A stretch of 64,000 nucleotides of DNA, taken from contig DASVES010000154.1 in NCBI GenBank assembly GCA_036380435.1, forward strand, positions 924 to 64,923, in the 5' to 3' direction. This document shows positions 29,241 through 38,298 of the stretch, one piece after another (position 1 is the first letter of the stretch; each line of letters starts with the position of its first letter). The position numbers and the translations under genes were made by a program. This DNA is from Pyrinomonadaceae bacterium. GTDB lineage: Bacteria > Acidobacteriota > Blastocatellia > Pyrinomonadales > Pyrinomonadaceae. The notes below the pieces were generated by a model, which did not search any database, had not been told where the DNA came from, and worked only from the letters and a program-made list of their open reading frames with translations.

Positions 29241-30146
29241 TCACTGTTGTTTCGTTTCTTCGACCCTCGTGTAAGGGATGGTGGCCGGCCCCTGCTTGAG
29301 CGTGAAGCCGTTGACCTTGCCGGCCTCGGGCGTGAAGATAACGGTGATGCCGTCGAAGGCGGTCGGCTTGAAGGTCATCTTGTCGAGGGCGTACATGGTG
29401 AGCGGCGGCTGGCCCGTGGCCGCGGCGATGAGCTTGCCGTCCTTGACGGAGAAGACCAGCTCGGGGCCTTGCGTGCCCTTGAAGCGGCCGACGTATGTCT
29501 GGAGCGTCGCGGCATCGACCTCGGCGGGCGGCTGCGCGCCGGCCTTCTTCAACATCTCGACGATCTCGACTCCCTTATCGCCGGCCTCCGTCGCCGCGAC
29601 GAACGCGCCCGTCATCGACTCCGGCTTGAGATTGCCCTTGTCGAGCGCGGCGCGGACGAGCGCGGCGTTTCCGCCTCGCGCCCCCGTGGAAAGCACGTCG
29701 CCCGCGTCGTCGGCGCTCTTTTCAAGGATGGCGCGGACGGCATCGACGTGCCCCTTGTCGAGCGCCCACGTCATCGCCGTCGCGCCGTAGAAAGTATCGC
29801 GCACCGTCACATCAGCGCCGCGCTCGATGAGCAGTTTGACGATGTCGGCGTTGCCGCGCTCGGCGGCCTTGAACAGAGCCGTCGCGCCGTAGCGGAATTT
29901 GGCGTTCACGTCAGCGCCCTTGTCGAGCGTGGCCTTGACGGCGGCCACGTCGCCCTTGCGAACGGCCTCGTAGAGTTCATCGTTGAGCTTTTGTTTCTCC
30001 GGCGACGGTGTCGCGGCCGGCACGGGCGTCGGCGTCGCGGTCGGTGCTGGCGACGGTGTCGGCGTCGGCGTCGCGGTCTGCGCGATGGCGGCCGGCGGGG
30101 CGAGCAGGAGCAGGAGGAGGAGGGGCAGAAGTCTTCTGAGTTTCAT
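29241..30146 (-). CDS. Secreted ankyrin-repeat protein with extra C-terminal beta domain
   Basis: MKLRRLLPLLLLLLLAPPAAIAQ, Thr/Pro linker, then ANK repeats (GADVNAKFRYGATALFKAAERGNADIVKLLIERGADV…). ATG 30146 is preferred over 30236. Confidence 0.85.
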   Translation of the reverse strand: MKLRRLLPLLLLLLLAPPAAIAQTATPTPTPSPAPTATPTPVPAATPSPEKQKLNDELYEAVRKGDVAAVKATLDKGADVNAKFRYGATALFKAAERGNADIVKLLIERGADVTVRDTFYGATAMTWALDKGHVDAVRAILEKSADDAGDVLSTGARGGNAALVRAALDKGNLKPESMTGAFVAATEAGDKGVEIVEMLKKAGAQPPAEVDAATLQTYVGRFKGTQGPELVFSVKDGKLIAAATGQPPLTMYALDKMTFKPTAFDGITVIFTPEAGKVNGFTLKQGPATIPYTRVEETKQQ

Positions 30147-30389
30147 AAATCGTAACTCCCCGGTTTTTCGGAGTCGTCCGGTAGGTGGTAAATTAAAGGA
30201 GCAACCAGTAAGGCTCGCGCCCGTCGCGGGCCGCAAAACGCGGAGCCGACGTAAGCGCCGCTTGTCCCGGCCGAAAGCCCGGCGTATTTAAACTGTGTTC
30301 GGGCCTGAAAGCAAGGCCGCCGAAAGTCGCCTCGGGCGCGGGCCGAATTCTACACGCGTAGAAACGCAGGCGAGCGGCTAAAGGTTTCT

Positions 30390-30433
30390 TTTTACAGCCT
30401 TTTTACAACGAACACGGTTCGATGCGGCATAAT
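30390..30433 (+). promoter_or_regulatory. Bipartite TTTTACAGCCTTTTTACA motif plus CATAAT
   Basis: 17 of 18 nt identical to the motif at 5000-5017. CATAAT lies 20 nt after TTTACA. Confidence 0.45.
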
Positions 30434-30588
30434 ACTTTGGTCACTGAAACAAACCGCCGGCGTGCGGCGTCTAAACTTCGGGCGAGCCTGAATGAGTAGC
30501 GGCCCCGGCGGGCGCGGAAGGCAAGCCCGCGAGCCGTCTCCCGCAAGCTCTCCCACGAACCGAAATCAAATACCCGAGAACTTAGAAG

Positions 30589-32805
30589 ATGCGTGCAATG
30601 TTGTTCTCCAGACGTTTCGTCCTCCTCGCCCTTTCAACTCTTCTGCTCGCGCCGGCCGCACTCGCGCAGAAACTCACCGGCCCCGTCGATTGGGCGGAGT
30701 GGCGCGGCCCCCTGCGCGACGGGCGCTCGTTCGAGAAGAATCTGCCGTCGAAGTGGTCGCCGGCGGGCGACGGCCTGTTGTGGAAGGCCCCCTACGGCGG
30801 GCGCTCGACGCCGGTCGTCTTCGGCGACCGTCTCTACTTGCAGAACACGGCCGAGAAGGGTGAGCGCGAGCAGGAGCGCGTGATCGCGTTTAACGCCGAC
30901 ACGGGCAAGCTCGTGTGGGAGCATCGCTTCAACGTGTACCTGTCGGACGTGCCGGCGCATCGTGTCGGATGGGCCTCGCCCGCGGTTGACCCGGCGACGG
31001 GCAACGTCTACGTGCTCGGCGGCGGGGGCACACTGCTCGCGCTCTCGGGGCGTGACGGAAAAGTTTTATGGGAGCGCACGCTCGGCGAAGACTTCGGCCT
31101 GCTGACGACGCACGGCGGGCGCACCATGTCGCCGATTGTTGACGGCGACTTAGTCATCGCCAGCGGCGTGATGTTCGTCTGGGGCCAGCACGGGCAAGGC
31201 CGACACCGCTTAGTCGCTTTCGACAAGCGGACGGGCGAGGCCGTCTGGGTGAGCGCGCCGGGCGGGCGGCCCTACGACACGACCTACTCGCCGCCGCTCA
31301 TCGCCAACGTGGCGGGGACGCGCCTGCTGCTTCAGGGCGGCTCGGACGGGCAGGTCTACGCCGTCAAGCCGCAGACGGGCGAGTTCGTCTGGAAGTACGA
31401 AATCTCGAAGCGCGGCCTGAACACGGGCGTCGTCGTGTCGGGGACGACCGCATATCTCACGCACAGCGAGGAGAACCTGAATTCGAGCGAGATGGGGATG
31501 CTCACGGCCGTGGACGCCACGGCCAAGGGCGACATCAAGCCGGAGCACGTGAAGTGGACGGTGACGGGCTGGCAGGGCGGCTTCTCCTCGCCCATCCTCG
31601 ACGGCGAACGCCTCTACCAGATCGACAACGGCGCCAACCTCGGCGCCTTCGACACCAACACCGGCAAGCAGCTCTGGCTCCAGAACCTCGGCACCATCCA
31701 GAAGGCTTCGCCCGTCTTGGCCGACGGCAAGCTCTACGTCGGCACCGAGAACGGCAAGTTCTTCATCATCGAGCCGTCGGCGACGGGCGCGAAAGTTCTC
31801 GACGAGGATCAGCTCGGCACCGCGGCCCTGCCCGAGTCCATCATCGCCTCGGTCGCCGTCTCCCGAGGCCGCATCTTCCTCGTCACCGACGCGGCGCTCT
31901 ACGCCTTCGGCAAGAAGTCGAACGCCGCGCCGCCGCCGCTCCCCGGCGACCCCGTCAGCGGCAACTCCAACCCGACGGTCGCGCACGTGCAGGTCGTCCC
32001 GACCGAGCTGCTGCTGCGGCCCGGCGACAAGGCGAGCTTCCGCGCGCGTCTCTTCGACGAGCGCGGCAACTTCATGCGCGAAGAGAAAGCGACGTGGACG
32101 CTCGAAGGACTCAAGGGCGCGGTCACCGAAACGGGGCAGTTCACGGCCGCGGGCGACGCGGCGCAGGCCGGTCTCGTCAAAGCCACGGTCGGCGGCGTCG
32201 CGGGCGCGGCCCGCGTGCGCGTCATCCCGCCGCTGCCGTGGGCCGAGAACTTCGACGCGCTGGAGCCGAACGCCAGTCCGGCGCACTGGACGAACGCGAC
32301 GATGAAGTTCGCCGTGCGCGAGATGGAGGGCAACAAGGTTCTGGTGAAGACGACCGAGGGGTCGTCGCTCCTGAGCCGCTCGCGCGCCTACATGGGCCAG
32401 CCCGACTTGCACGACTACACGGTCGAGGCCGACGTGCGCGGCGCCGAGCGCCGTCGCACGATGGGCGACGCCGGCGTCATCGCGCAGCGCTACGCCCTCA
32501 CGCTCTACGGCAACGGGCAGAGGCTCAGCATCGAGCCGTGGCAGCCCGAAGTCGAACGCACTGCCTCCGTCCCCTTCGAGTGGAAGAAAGACACGTGGTA
32601 TCGCATGAAGCTGCGGGTGGAGAACCTGCCCGACGGCCGTGTGCGCGCGCGCGGCAAGGTCTGGCTCACGGGCCAGCCGGAGCCGGAGGCGTGGACGATT
32701 GAGAAGGTCGATGCGCTCCCGAACCGCGTGGGCGCCCCCGGCATCTTCGGCAACGCGCTTGCCGAAATCTACTTCGATAACCTGAAGGTGTACGCCAACA
32801 ACTAG
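30589..32805 (+). CDS. Secreted multidomain protein: PQQ-like beta-propeller + Ig-like domain + LamG/DUF1080-like jelly-roll
   Basis: Signal peptide, DWAEWRGPLRDG and propeller blades. Then VAHVQVVPTELLLRPGDKASFRARLFDERGN (Big_2-like). C-terminal …WYRMKLRVENLPDGRVRARGKVW…EIYFDNLKVYANN (concanavalin-like). Confidence 0.85.
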   Translation: MRAMLFSRRFVLLALSTLLLAPAALAQKLTGPVDWAEWRGPLRDGRSFEKNLPSKWSPAGDGLLWKAPYGGRSTPVVFGDRLYLQNTAEKGEREQERVIAFNADTGKLVWEHRFNVYLSDVPAHRVGWASPAVDPATGNVYVLGGGGTLLALSGRDGKVLWERTLGEDFGLLTTHGGRTMSPIVDGDLVIASGVMFVWGQHGQGRHRLVAFDKRTGEAVWVSAPGGRPYDTTYSPPLIANVAGTRLLLQGGSDGQVYAVKPQTGEFVWKYEISKRGLNTGVVVSGTTAYLTHSEENLNSSEMGMLTAVDATAKGDIKPEHVKWTVTGWQGGFSSPILDGERLYQIDNGANLGAFDTNTGKQLWLQNLGTIQKASPVLADGKLYVGTENGKFFIIEPSATGAKVLDEDQLGTAALPESIIASVAVSRGRIFLVTDAALYAFGKKSNAAPPPLPGDPVSGNSNPTVAHVQVVPTELLLRPGDKASFRARLFDERGNFMREEKATWTLEGLKGAVTETGQFTAAGDAAQAGLVKATVGGVAGAARVRVIPPLPWAENFDALEPNASPAHWTNATMKFAVREMEGNKVLVKTTEGSSLLSRSRAYMGQPDLHDYTVEADVRGAERRRTMGDAGVIAQRYALTLYGNGQRLSIEPWQPEVERTASVPFEWKKDTWYRMKLRVENLPDGRVRARGKVWLTGQPEPEAWTIEKVDALPNRVGAPGIFGNALAEIYFDNLKVYANN

Positions 32806-32806
32806 A

Positions 32807-33859
32807 ATGAACGAAGACGCACAGCACGCGACGCAGGCGACGACGCCACAGCAACAACAGCAGGGGCCGACGCCCGAGCGCATCTTTCTAACGCTCACCG
32901 GCTATCAGCAGGCCGCCGCCCTGAAAGCCGCCATCGAGCTGGATATCTTCAGCGCCATCGCCGAGGGCGACGACACCAGTGAGAAGCTGGCCGCGCGCCT
33001 CCCGGCGGCCGAGCGCGGCGCGCGCATTCTCTGCGATTACCTGACCGCTTTGCAGTTTCTCGCCAAAGAGGACGGGCGCTACCAGCTCACGCCGGAGTCG
33101 AAGTTGTTTCTCGACCGCCGCTCGCCGGCCTACGTCGGCGGCGTCTCCGGCTTCCTCTCGCGGCCTTACATGATCGAGGCGTTTCAGAACGTGGCCGAAT
33201 GCGTCCGCAAGGGCGGCACGATGCTCGAAGATCAGGGCACGGTGACGCATGAGAACCCGATCTGGGAAGACTTCGCGCGCAGCATGGCGGCGATGATGCA
33301 GCCCTCGGCACAGGCCATCGCGCGCATCACGGGCGCGGCCGAGATGGAAGAGTGTAAGGTGCTCGACATCGCCGCCGGCCACGGCATCTTCGGTATCACC
33401 ATCGCCGAACAGAACCCGAGGGCCGAGGTCTACGCCGTCGATTGGCACAACGTCTTGCAGATTGCGCGCGAGAACGCCGCCAGCGCGGGCGTCGCCTCGC
33501 GCTATCACATGATGCCGGGCAGCGCCTTCGAGGTGTTGTTCGGCGACGACTACGACCTCGTGCTCTTTACCAACTTCTTTCACCACTTCGACCCGCCGAC
33601 CTGCGAGGCGCTGATGCGAAAAGCGCACGCCGCCCTCAAGCCGGGGGGCCGCGCCGTGACGCTCGAATTCGTGCCCAACGAAGACCGCGTCACGCCGCCC
33701 GCGGAAGCCGCCTTCGCCATGACCATGCTCGCCTCGACCCCTTCGGGCGACGCCTATACGTTCTCCGAATTCGACCAGATGTTCCGCAACGCCGGGTTCG
33801 CCCGCAGCGAGCTGCACCCGTCGCCGCCGGAGCACATCATCGTGAGCACAAAGCAGTGA
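32807..33859 (+). CDS. O-methyltransferase, family 2 (COMT/ASMT-like, with N-terminal dimerisation/wHTH domain)
   Basis: Starts 1 nt after the upstream stop. VLDIAAGHGIFGI SAM motif. Stop TGA 33857-33859 lies inside the AGCAGTG arm. Confidence 0.85.
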   Translation: MNEDAQHATQATTPQQQQQGPTPERIFLTLTGYQQAAALKAAIELDIFSAIAEGDDTSEKLAARLPAAERGARILCDYLTALQFLAKEDGRYQLTPESKLFLDRRSPAYVGGVSGFLSRPYMIEAFQNVAECVRKGGTMLEDQGTVTHENPIWEDFARSMAAMMQPSAQAIARITGAAEMEECKVLDIAAGHGIFGITIAEQNPRAEVYAVDWHNVLQIARENAASAGVASRYHMMPGSAFEVLFGDDYDLVLFTNFFHHFDPPTCEALMRKAHAALKPGGRAVTLEFVPNEDRVTPPAEAAFAMTMLASTPSGDAYTFSEFDQMFRNAGFARSELHPSPPEHIIVSTKQ

Positions 33860-33992
33860 GCAGTGAGCAGTAACACAGAGGAATTGAAGTCAATGAAAAA
33901 TATTCGACGCAGTAGAGTCATCATTCTTTTAACGGCGGTGTTCGCGGCGGTAGCGGCAGGCGGTTTACTGCTTACTGCTCACGGCTCACTGC
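33853..33992. repeat. AGCAGTG heptamer-arm hairpin spanning a gene junction
   Basis: Left arm gcagtgagcagtgagcagtaa (33853-33873), right arm ttactgcttactgctcacggctcactgc (33965-33992). The 91-nt loop holds the RBS and ATG 33893 of the next gene. Confidence 0.85.
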
Positions 33993-35431
33993 CGAACCCT
34001 TCAGACCCCGGCACCGGCGACTGGCCGATGTGGGGCGGCACGCCCGACCGCAACATGGTCACGAGCATGAAGGGGCTGCCCGTCTCGTGGGACGTGAAGA
34101 CGAAGAAGAACGTCAAGTGGATGGCGCAACTGGGTTCGCAGACCTACGGCAATATCACGGTGGCGGGCGGCATCGTCTTAGTCGGCACCAACAACGAGGG
34201 CGCGCGCGATCCCAAGATCACCGGCGACAAGGGCGTGCTCATGGCCTTCAAGGAGTCCGACGGCACGTTTCTCTGGCAGGCCGTCCACGACAAGCTCGTC
34301 GCGGGCCGCGTCAACGACTGGCCGTATCAGGGCATCGCCTCCTCGCCCCTCGTCGAAGGGGAGCGCGTCTACTACGTCTCTAATCGGGGCGAGTTGATGT
34401 GCGTCGATGCTCAGGGGTTCCGCGACAAGGAGAACGACGGCCCCGTGACCGACGAGAAGCTGACGGGCGAGACCAACCCGGACATCATCTGGCGGCTCGA
34501 CATGATGGGCGACGAGGTCGGGAGCTTCCCGCACAACCTCTGCAACTCCTCGCCCGTCTCCTACGGCGACCTCGTCTACGTCAGCACCTCGAATGGGCAG
34601 GACGAGAGCCACGTCAACATCCCCGCGCCGAAGGCCCCGGCCATCATCGCCGTCGATAAGAAGACCGGGAAAGTCGTCTGGGAGGACGCCAGCCCCGGCG
34701 ACAAGATTCTCCACGGGCAGTGGTCAACACCCACGGTCGGAAAAATCGGCGACACCGTACAGGTCATCATGGGTCAGGGCGACGGCTGGGCGCGCGGCTA
34801 CGACGCTTTGAAGGGCACGAAGCTCTGGGAGTTCGACCTCAACCCGAAGGACTCCGTCTGGCCCAAGACGCGCAACGAGATCATCGCCACCCCGGTCATC
34901 TACGAGGGCAAGATTTATCTCGCCAACGGACAAGACCCGGAGCACGGCGAAGGCGTCGGCCACATGTACTGCATCGACGGCACCAAGCGCGGCGACATCA
35001 CGAAGACCGGCATGGTCTGGCACTACGACAAGATTCGCCGCACCATCTCAACGCCGGCCATCGTTGACGGCATCATCTATCAACCCGACTTCAGCGGCTT
35101 CCTCCACGCCATCGACGCCAAGACCGGACAGGCTTACTGGGTACACGACATGTTCGCGGCCATGTGGGGGTCGCCCCTGGCGTCGGTCGCGGGCGGCGTG
35201 CTGTATCTGGGCGACGAGGACGGCGACGTGGTCGTCATGCAGTTGGGGAAGACGAAGAAGGTGCTGGCCGAGATCAACATGGGAAGCTCTGTCTACAGCA
35301 CGCCCGTGCCGGCCAACGGCGCGCTCTACATCGCCAACCGCAACCAGCTCTTCGCGCTGGCCGAGGGGGCCGGCGGCGCGCCCGCCACGCCCAAGCCGGC
35401 GACGGCCTCGGCCACGCCGGCCAACCCGTAG
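33893..35431 (+). CDS. BamB/PQQ-like beta-propeller repeat protein with N-terminal signal anchor
   Basis: GAGGA RBS, MKNIRRSRVIILLTAVFAAVAAGGLLLTA, then DWPMWGGTPDRN. C-terminal Ala/Pro tail. Confidence 0.88.
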   Translation: MKNIRRSRVIILLTAVFAAVAAGGLLLTAHGSLPNPSDPGTGDWPMWGGTPDRNMVTSMKGLPVSWDVKTKKNVKWMAQLGSQTYGNITVAGGIVLVGTNNEGARDPKITGDKGVLMAFKESDGTFLWQAVHDKLVAGRVNDWPYQGIASSPLVEGERVYYVSNRGELMCVDAQGFRDKENDGPVTDEKLTGETNPDIIWRLDMMGDEVGSFPHNLCNSSPVSYGDLVYVSTSNGQDESHVNIPAPKAPAIIAVDKKTGKVVWEDASPGDKILHGQWSTPTVGKIGDTVQVIMGQGDGWARGYDALKGTKLWEFDLNPKDSVWPKTRNEIIATPVIYEGKIYLANGQDPEHGEGVGHMYCIDGTKRGDITKTGMVWHYDKIRRTISTPAIVDGIIYQPDFSGFLHAIDAKTGQAYWVHDMFAAMWGSPLASVAGGVLYLGDEDGDVVVMQLGKTKKVLAEINMGSSVYSTPVPANGALYIANRNQLFALAEGAGGAPATPKPATASATPANP

Positions 35432-35472
35432 CTTGAATGTGGATCCATAGCTTGAATGTATAGAGTGGGGCG

Positions 35473-35557
35473 TTCACCGCAGAGTCGCAAAGCACGCAGA
35501 GGGGCGCAGAGACTTGAATCAACTCTCTGCGCCCTCTGCGCCTCTGTGTACTCTGCG
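35473..35557. repeat. CACCGCAGAG-family hairpin
   Basis: gcagaggggcgcagaga / tctctgcgccctctgc, plus outer cgcagagt / actctgcg. Confidence 0.85.
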
Positions 35558-35617
35558 TTAAATGATTTTCCTGAACACACACGCCGACGAACTCTGTAAC
35601 GAGTTCCACGTCTGAAC

Positions 35618-36772
35618 GTGACCTTCATGCAATCTTTCGACTTCCAGCCGCGCACGCGCGTGATTTTCGGCGAGGGCGCTGTCGCGCGTCTCGGTGAGGC
35701 GGCGCGCGAGCTGAACTTTCGGCGCACGCTGCTCGTCGCCGATCATGGTCTCGTCGCGGCCGGACACGTCGGGCATGCGTCGGAGATTTTGTCGGTGGCG
35801 GGCGTTGAAGTAGTCGCGTTCCACGAGTTCGAGTCGAACCCGGACACGGCGATGGTCGAGCGCGGGCGCGCGTTCGCGGCCGACGCCGGTGTGGATTCCA
35901 TCGTCGGCCTCGGCGGCGGAAGCTCGCTCGACTGCGCGAAGGGAGTCAACTTCCTCCTGTCCAACGGCGGGCAGATGCGCGACTACCTCGGCTACGGCCG
36001 CGCCGCGCGACCCTTGCTTCCGATGATCGGCGTGCCGACGACGGCCGGGACGGGGAGCGAGGCGCAAAGTTACGCGCTCATCTCCGACGCCGAGACACAT
36101 GCCAAGATGGCCTGCGGCGACCCCGGCGCTTCCTTCCGCGTGGCCATCCTCGACCCCGCGCTCACTATCTCGCAGCCGCGCCACGTCACGGCCACCGCCG
36201 GCCTCGACGCCGTCGCGCACGCCGTCGAGTCGTTCGTCTCGACGCGCCGCACGCCTGTCTCCGAAGTCTTCTCACGCGAGGCGTGGCGGCTGCTCGAATC
36301 ATCCTACGAGCGCGTGCTCGCCGTAGCCACGGACGTGGAGGCGCGCGGCCGGATGCAGCTCGGCGCGCACTTCGCGGGCGCGGCCATCGAGAACTCGATG
36401 CTCGGCGCCACGCACGCCTGCGCCAACCCACTGACGGCCCGCTACGGCACCGAACATGGCGCCGCTATCGCCGCCCTGCTCCCGACGGTCGTGCGCTGGA
36501 ACGCATCGGCCGCGGGCGAGCGTTACGCGGAGTTGCTCCACGCGGCGCGGCGGGGCGGGGATAATGAATCGAACGCGGCGGAGGCGCTCGCGCGCCGGCT
36601 CGAAGAGTTGATCGCGGCGGGCGGACTCGCGTCGCACGTCCGCGCCGTCGTCGCGAGCCGCGAAGACCTCGCGGCCCTCGCCGAAGACGCGGCGGGACAG
36701 TGGACGGGACGCTTCAACCCGCGGCCGTTCGACCGGGCGGGCGCTTTGGAAGTTTACGAGCGGGCGTACTAG
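35618..36772 (+). CDS. Iron-containing (group III) alcohol dehydrogenase
   Basis: FDFQPRTRVIFGEGAV…, GLGGGSSLDCAKG, and His-rich metal site …AHAVESFVS…GATHACANPL. Start is GTG 35618 or ATG 35627. Confidence 0.88.
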   Translation: MTFMQSFDFQPRTRVIFGEGAVARLGEAARELNFRRTLLVADHGLVAAGHVGHASEILSVAGVEVVAFHEFESNPDTAMVERGRAFAADAGVDSIVGLGGGSSLDCAKGVNFLLSNGGQMRDYLGYGRAARPLLPMIGVPTTAGTGSEAQSYALISDAETHAKMACGDPGASFRVAILDPALTISQPRHVTATAGLDAVAHAVESFVSTRRTPVSEVFSREAWRLLESSYERVLAVATDVEARGRMQLGAHFAGAAIENSMLGATHACANPLTARYGTEHGAAIAALLPTVVRWNASAAGERYAELLHAARRGGDNESNAAEALARRLEELIAAGGLASHVRAVVASREDLAALAEDAAGQWTGRFNPRPFDRAGALEVYERAY

Positions 36773-36804
36773 ATTAGTTTTCGCTTGAGTGTAAGGAAGG
36801 TTGT

Positions 36805-36851
36805 ACTCACCGCAGAGGCGCAGAGGACGCAGAGGGGGCGCAGAGAGTTGA
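36805..36851. repeat. Solo half of a CACCGCAGAG-family element (no partner arm)
   Basis: actcaccgcagaggcgcagaggacgc is identical to 27581-27606. It continues gcagagggggcgcagagagttgaa, like 35496-35518. No inverted partner lies nearby. Confidence 0.8.
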
Positions 36852-36871
36852 AGCGTTTAGAGGGAGGGAAG

Positions 36872-38038
36872 ATGCGGGAAGTTGAAAGTGAAGAAGGGCA
36901 GGAGACGTTGGCGCGTTCAATCTCGCGGCGCGGGTTCCTCGCGGTGCCCGTGGGTCTCTACCTCGCGGGCCATGCGGCGCGCGCGCAGGAGTTCACGGGC
37001 GGCGACAGTTGGCCGCAGTTTCGGGGCAACCCGGCGCTGACCGGCTTTACGCGCTCCGGTCTCTCGGACACGTTGCGCGTGCTGTGGACTTACGAGGCGG
37101 GCGAGTCGGTCGAGTCATCGGCGGCGATTGTGGGCGGCACGGTCTACGTCGGCTCGCAGAAGGGGGAGCTGGTGGCGCTCGATTTGGGAAGCGGGCGCGA
37201 GCGTTGGAAGTACGGGGCCGGGTCGCCGATAGGCGAGTCGTCGCCGGCGGTCGTCGGCGGCACGGTCTACGTCGGCGACCTCGGCGGCACAGTCCACGCC
37301 GTCTCGGCGCGCGACGGGAAGCGCGTGTGGGTTTTCAAGACGGGGAGCGAGGTGAAGTCGTCGCCGGTCGTAAGCGCCGGCAAGGTGCTCGTCGGCTCTT
37401 ACGATCAGCACTTGTACGCCCTCGCGGCGCGCGGCGGAAACGTCCTCTGGAAGATGAAGACGGACGGCGCCGTCCATTGCACGGCGTCGGTCGTGGGCGG
37501 CGTCGCTTACATCTCGGGTTGCGATGAGCGTCTGAGGGCCGTGCGCGTCGCCGACGGCCGACAGGTCTTCCAGCTCAACTCGGGCGCATACACCGGCGCC
37601 TCGCCCGCCATCATGGCCGGCAACGCCTTCTACGGCACCTTCAACAACGACGTGCTCGGCATCAACCTCGTCGCCAAGCGCGTCGGCTGGCGCTACACGA
37701 ACCCGGAGCGGCAGTTCCCGTTCTATTCCTCGGCGGCGGCCGTGGACGCGCGCGTCGTCGTCGGCGGGCGCGACAAGGCCGTCCATTGTCTCGACGCGCG
37801 CAACGGCGCTCGACTCTGGAGCTTCAACACGCAGGCGCGCGTCGATTCGTCGCCCGCGCTCGCCGCCGGGCGCGTCTTCGTCGGCTCGAACGACGGACGC
37901 CTCTACGCGCTCGACTTCTTCTCCGGCGACAAGGCGCAGGAGTTCAACCTCGGCGGCCCCGTCTCGGCCTCGCCGGCCGTCGCCGCGGGCCGCGTCGTCG
38001 TCGGCACGCAGGACGGGCGCGTTTACTGTTTGGGATGA
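36872..38038 (+). CDS. BamB/PQQ-like beta-propeller repeat protein with Tat-type signal
   Basis: AGGGAGGGA RBS. …SISRRGFLAVPVGLYLAGHAARAQE, then SWPQFRGNPALTG. Regular VVGGTVYVGS…G.L.ALD…G blades. Confidence 0.88.
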   Translation: MREVESEEGQETLARSISRRGFLAVPVGLYLAGHAARAQEFTGGDSWPQFRGNPALTGFTRSGLSDTLRVLWTYEAGESVESSAAIVGGTVYVGSQKGELVALDLGSGRERWKYGAGSPIGESSPAVVGGTVYVGDLGGTVHAVSARDGKRVWVFKTGSEVKSSPVVSAGKVLVGSYDQHLYALAARGGNVLWKMKTDGAVHCTASVVGGVAYISGCDERLRAVRVADGRQVFQLNSGAYTGASPAIMAGNAFYGTFNNDVLGINLVAKRVGWRYTNPERQFPFYSSAAAVDARVVVGGRDKAVHCLDARNGARLWSFNTQARVDSSPALAAGRVFVGSNDGRLYALDFFSGDKAQEFNLGGPVSASPAVAAGRVVVGTQDGRVYCLG

Positions 38039-38061
38039 GTCAGTAAGCATTAAGCCTCAAC

Positions 38062-38275
38062 GAGCGCCGGAGGCGCGGAAGAATGTAGCCCACGGCGTCA
38101 GCCGTGGGTTTTAAGCGGCAACCAAAATCAAAGCCCCGGAGGGGCGAAAGAAGTGCAGCGCGCGTCTAACGGCGGTCGCAATTTCTTTCGCCCCTCCGGG
38201 GCTTCATTTCCTTTGCCGGGCCTGTCCCCACGGCTCGCGCCGTGGGCTACACTCTTCCGCCGCTTTCAGCGGCTC
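38062..38275. repeat. Multi-hairpin palindromic element, copy 3
   Basis: gaagaatgtagcc / ggctacactcttc outer stem. cccacggc-gtca-gccgtggg, central agccccggaggggcgaaagaa / ttctttcgcccctccggggct, cccacggc-tcgc-gccgtggg. Degenerate heptamer arms lie outside at 38036-38055 and 38281-38301. Confidence 0.9.
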
Positions 38276-38298
38276 GTCGTCTTCTTACTGCACATCAC

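Noticed and set aside
38062-38275. The cloverleaf-like elements as tRNA or tmRNA-like genes.
   Set aside because: They are far too long and are globally palindromic at the DNA level. They lack a T-loop (GTTCRANNC), a D-loop or a CCA-proximal acceptor structure.
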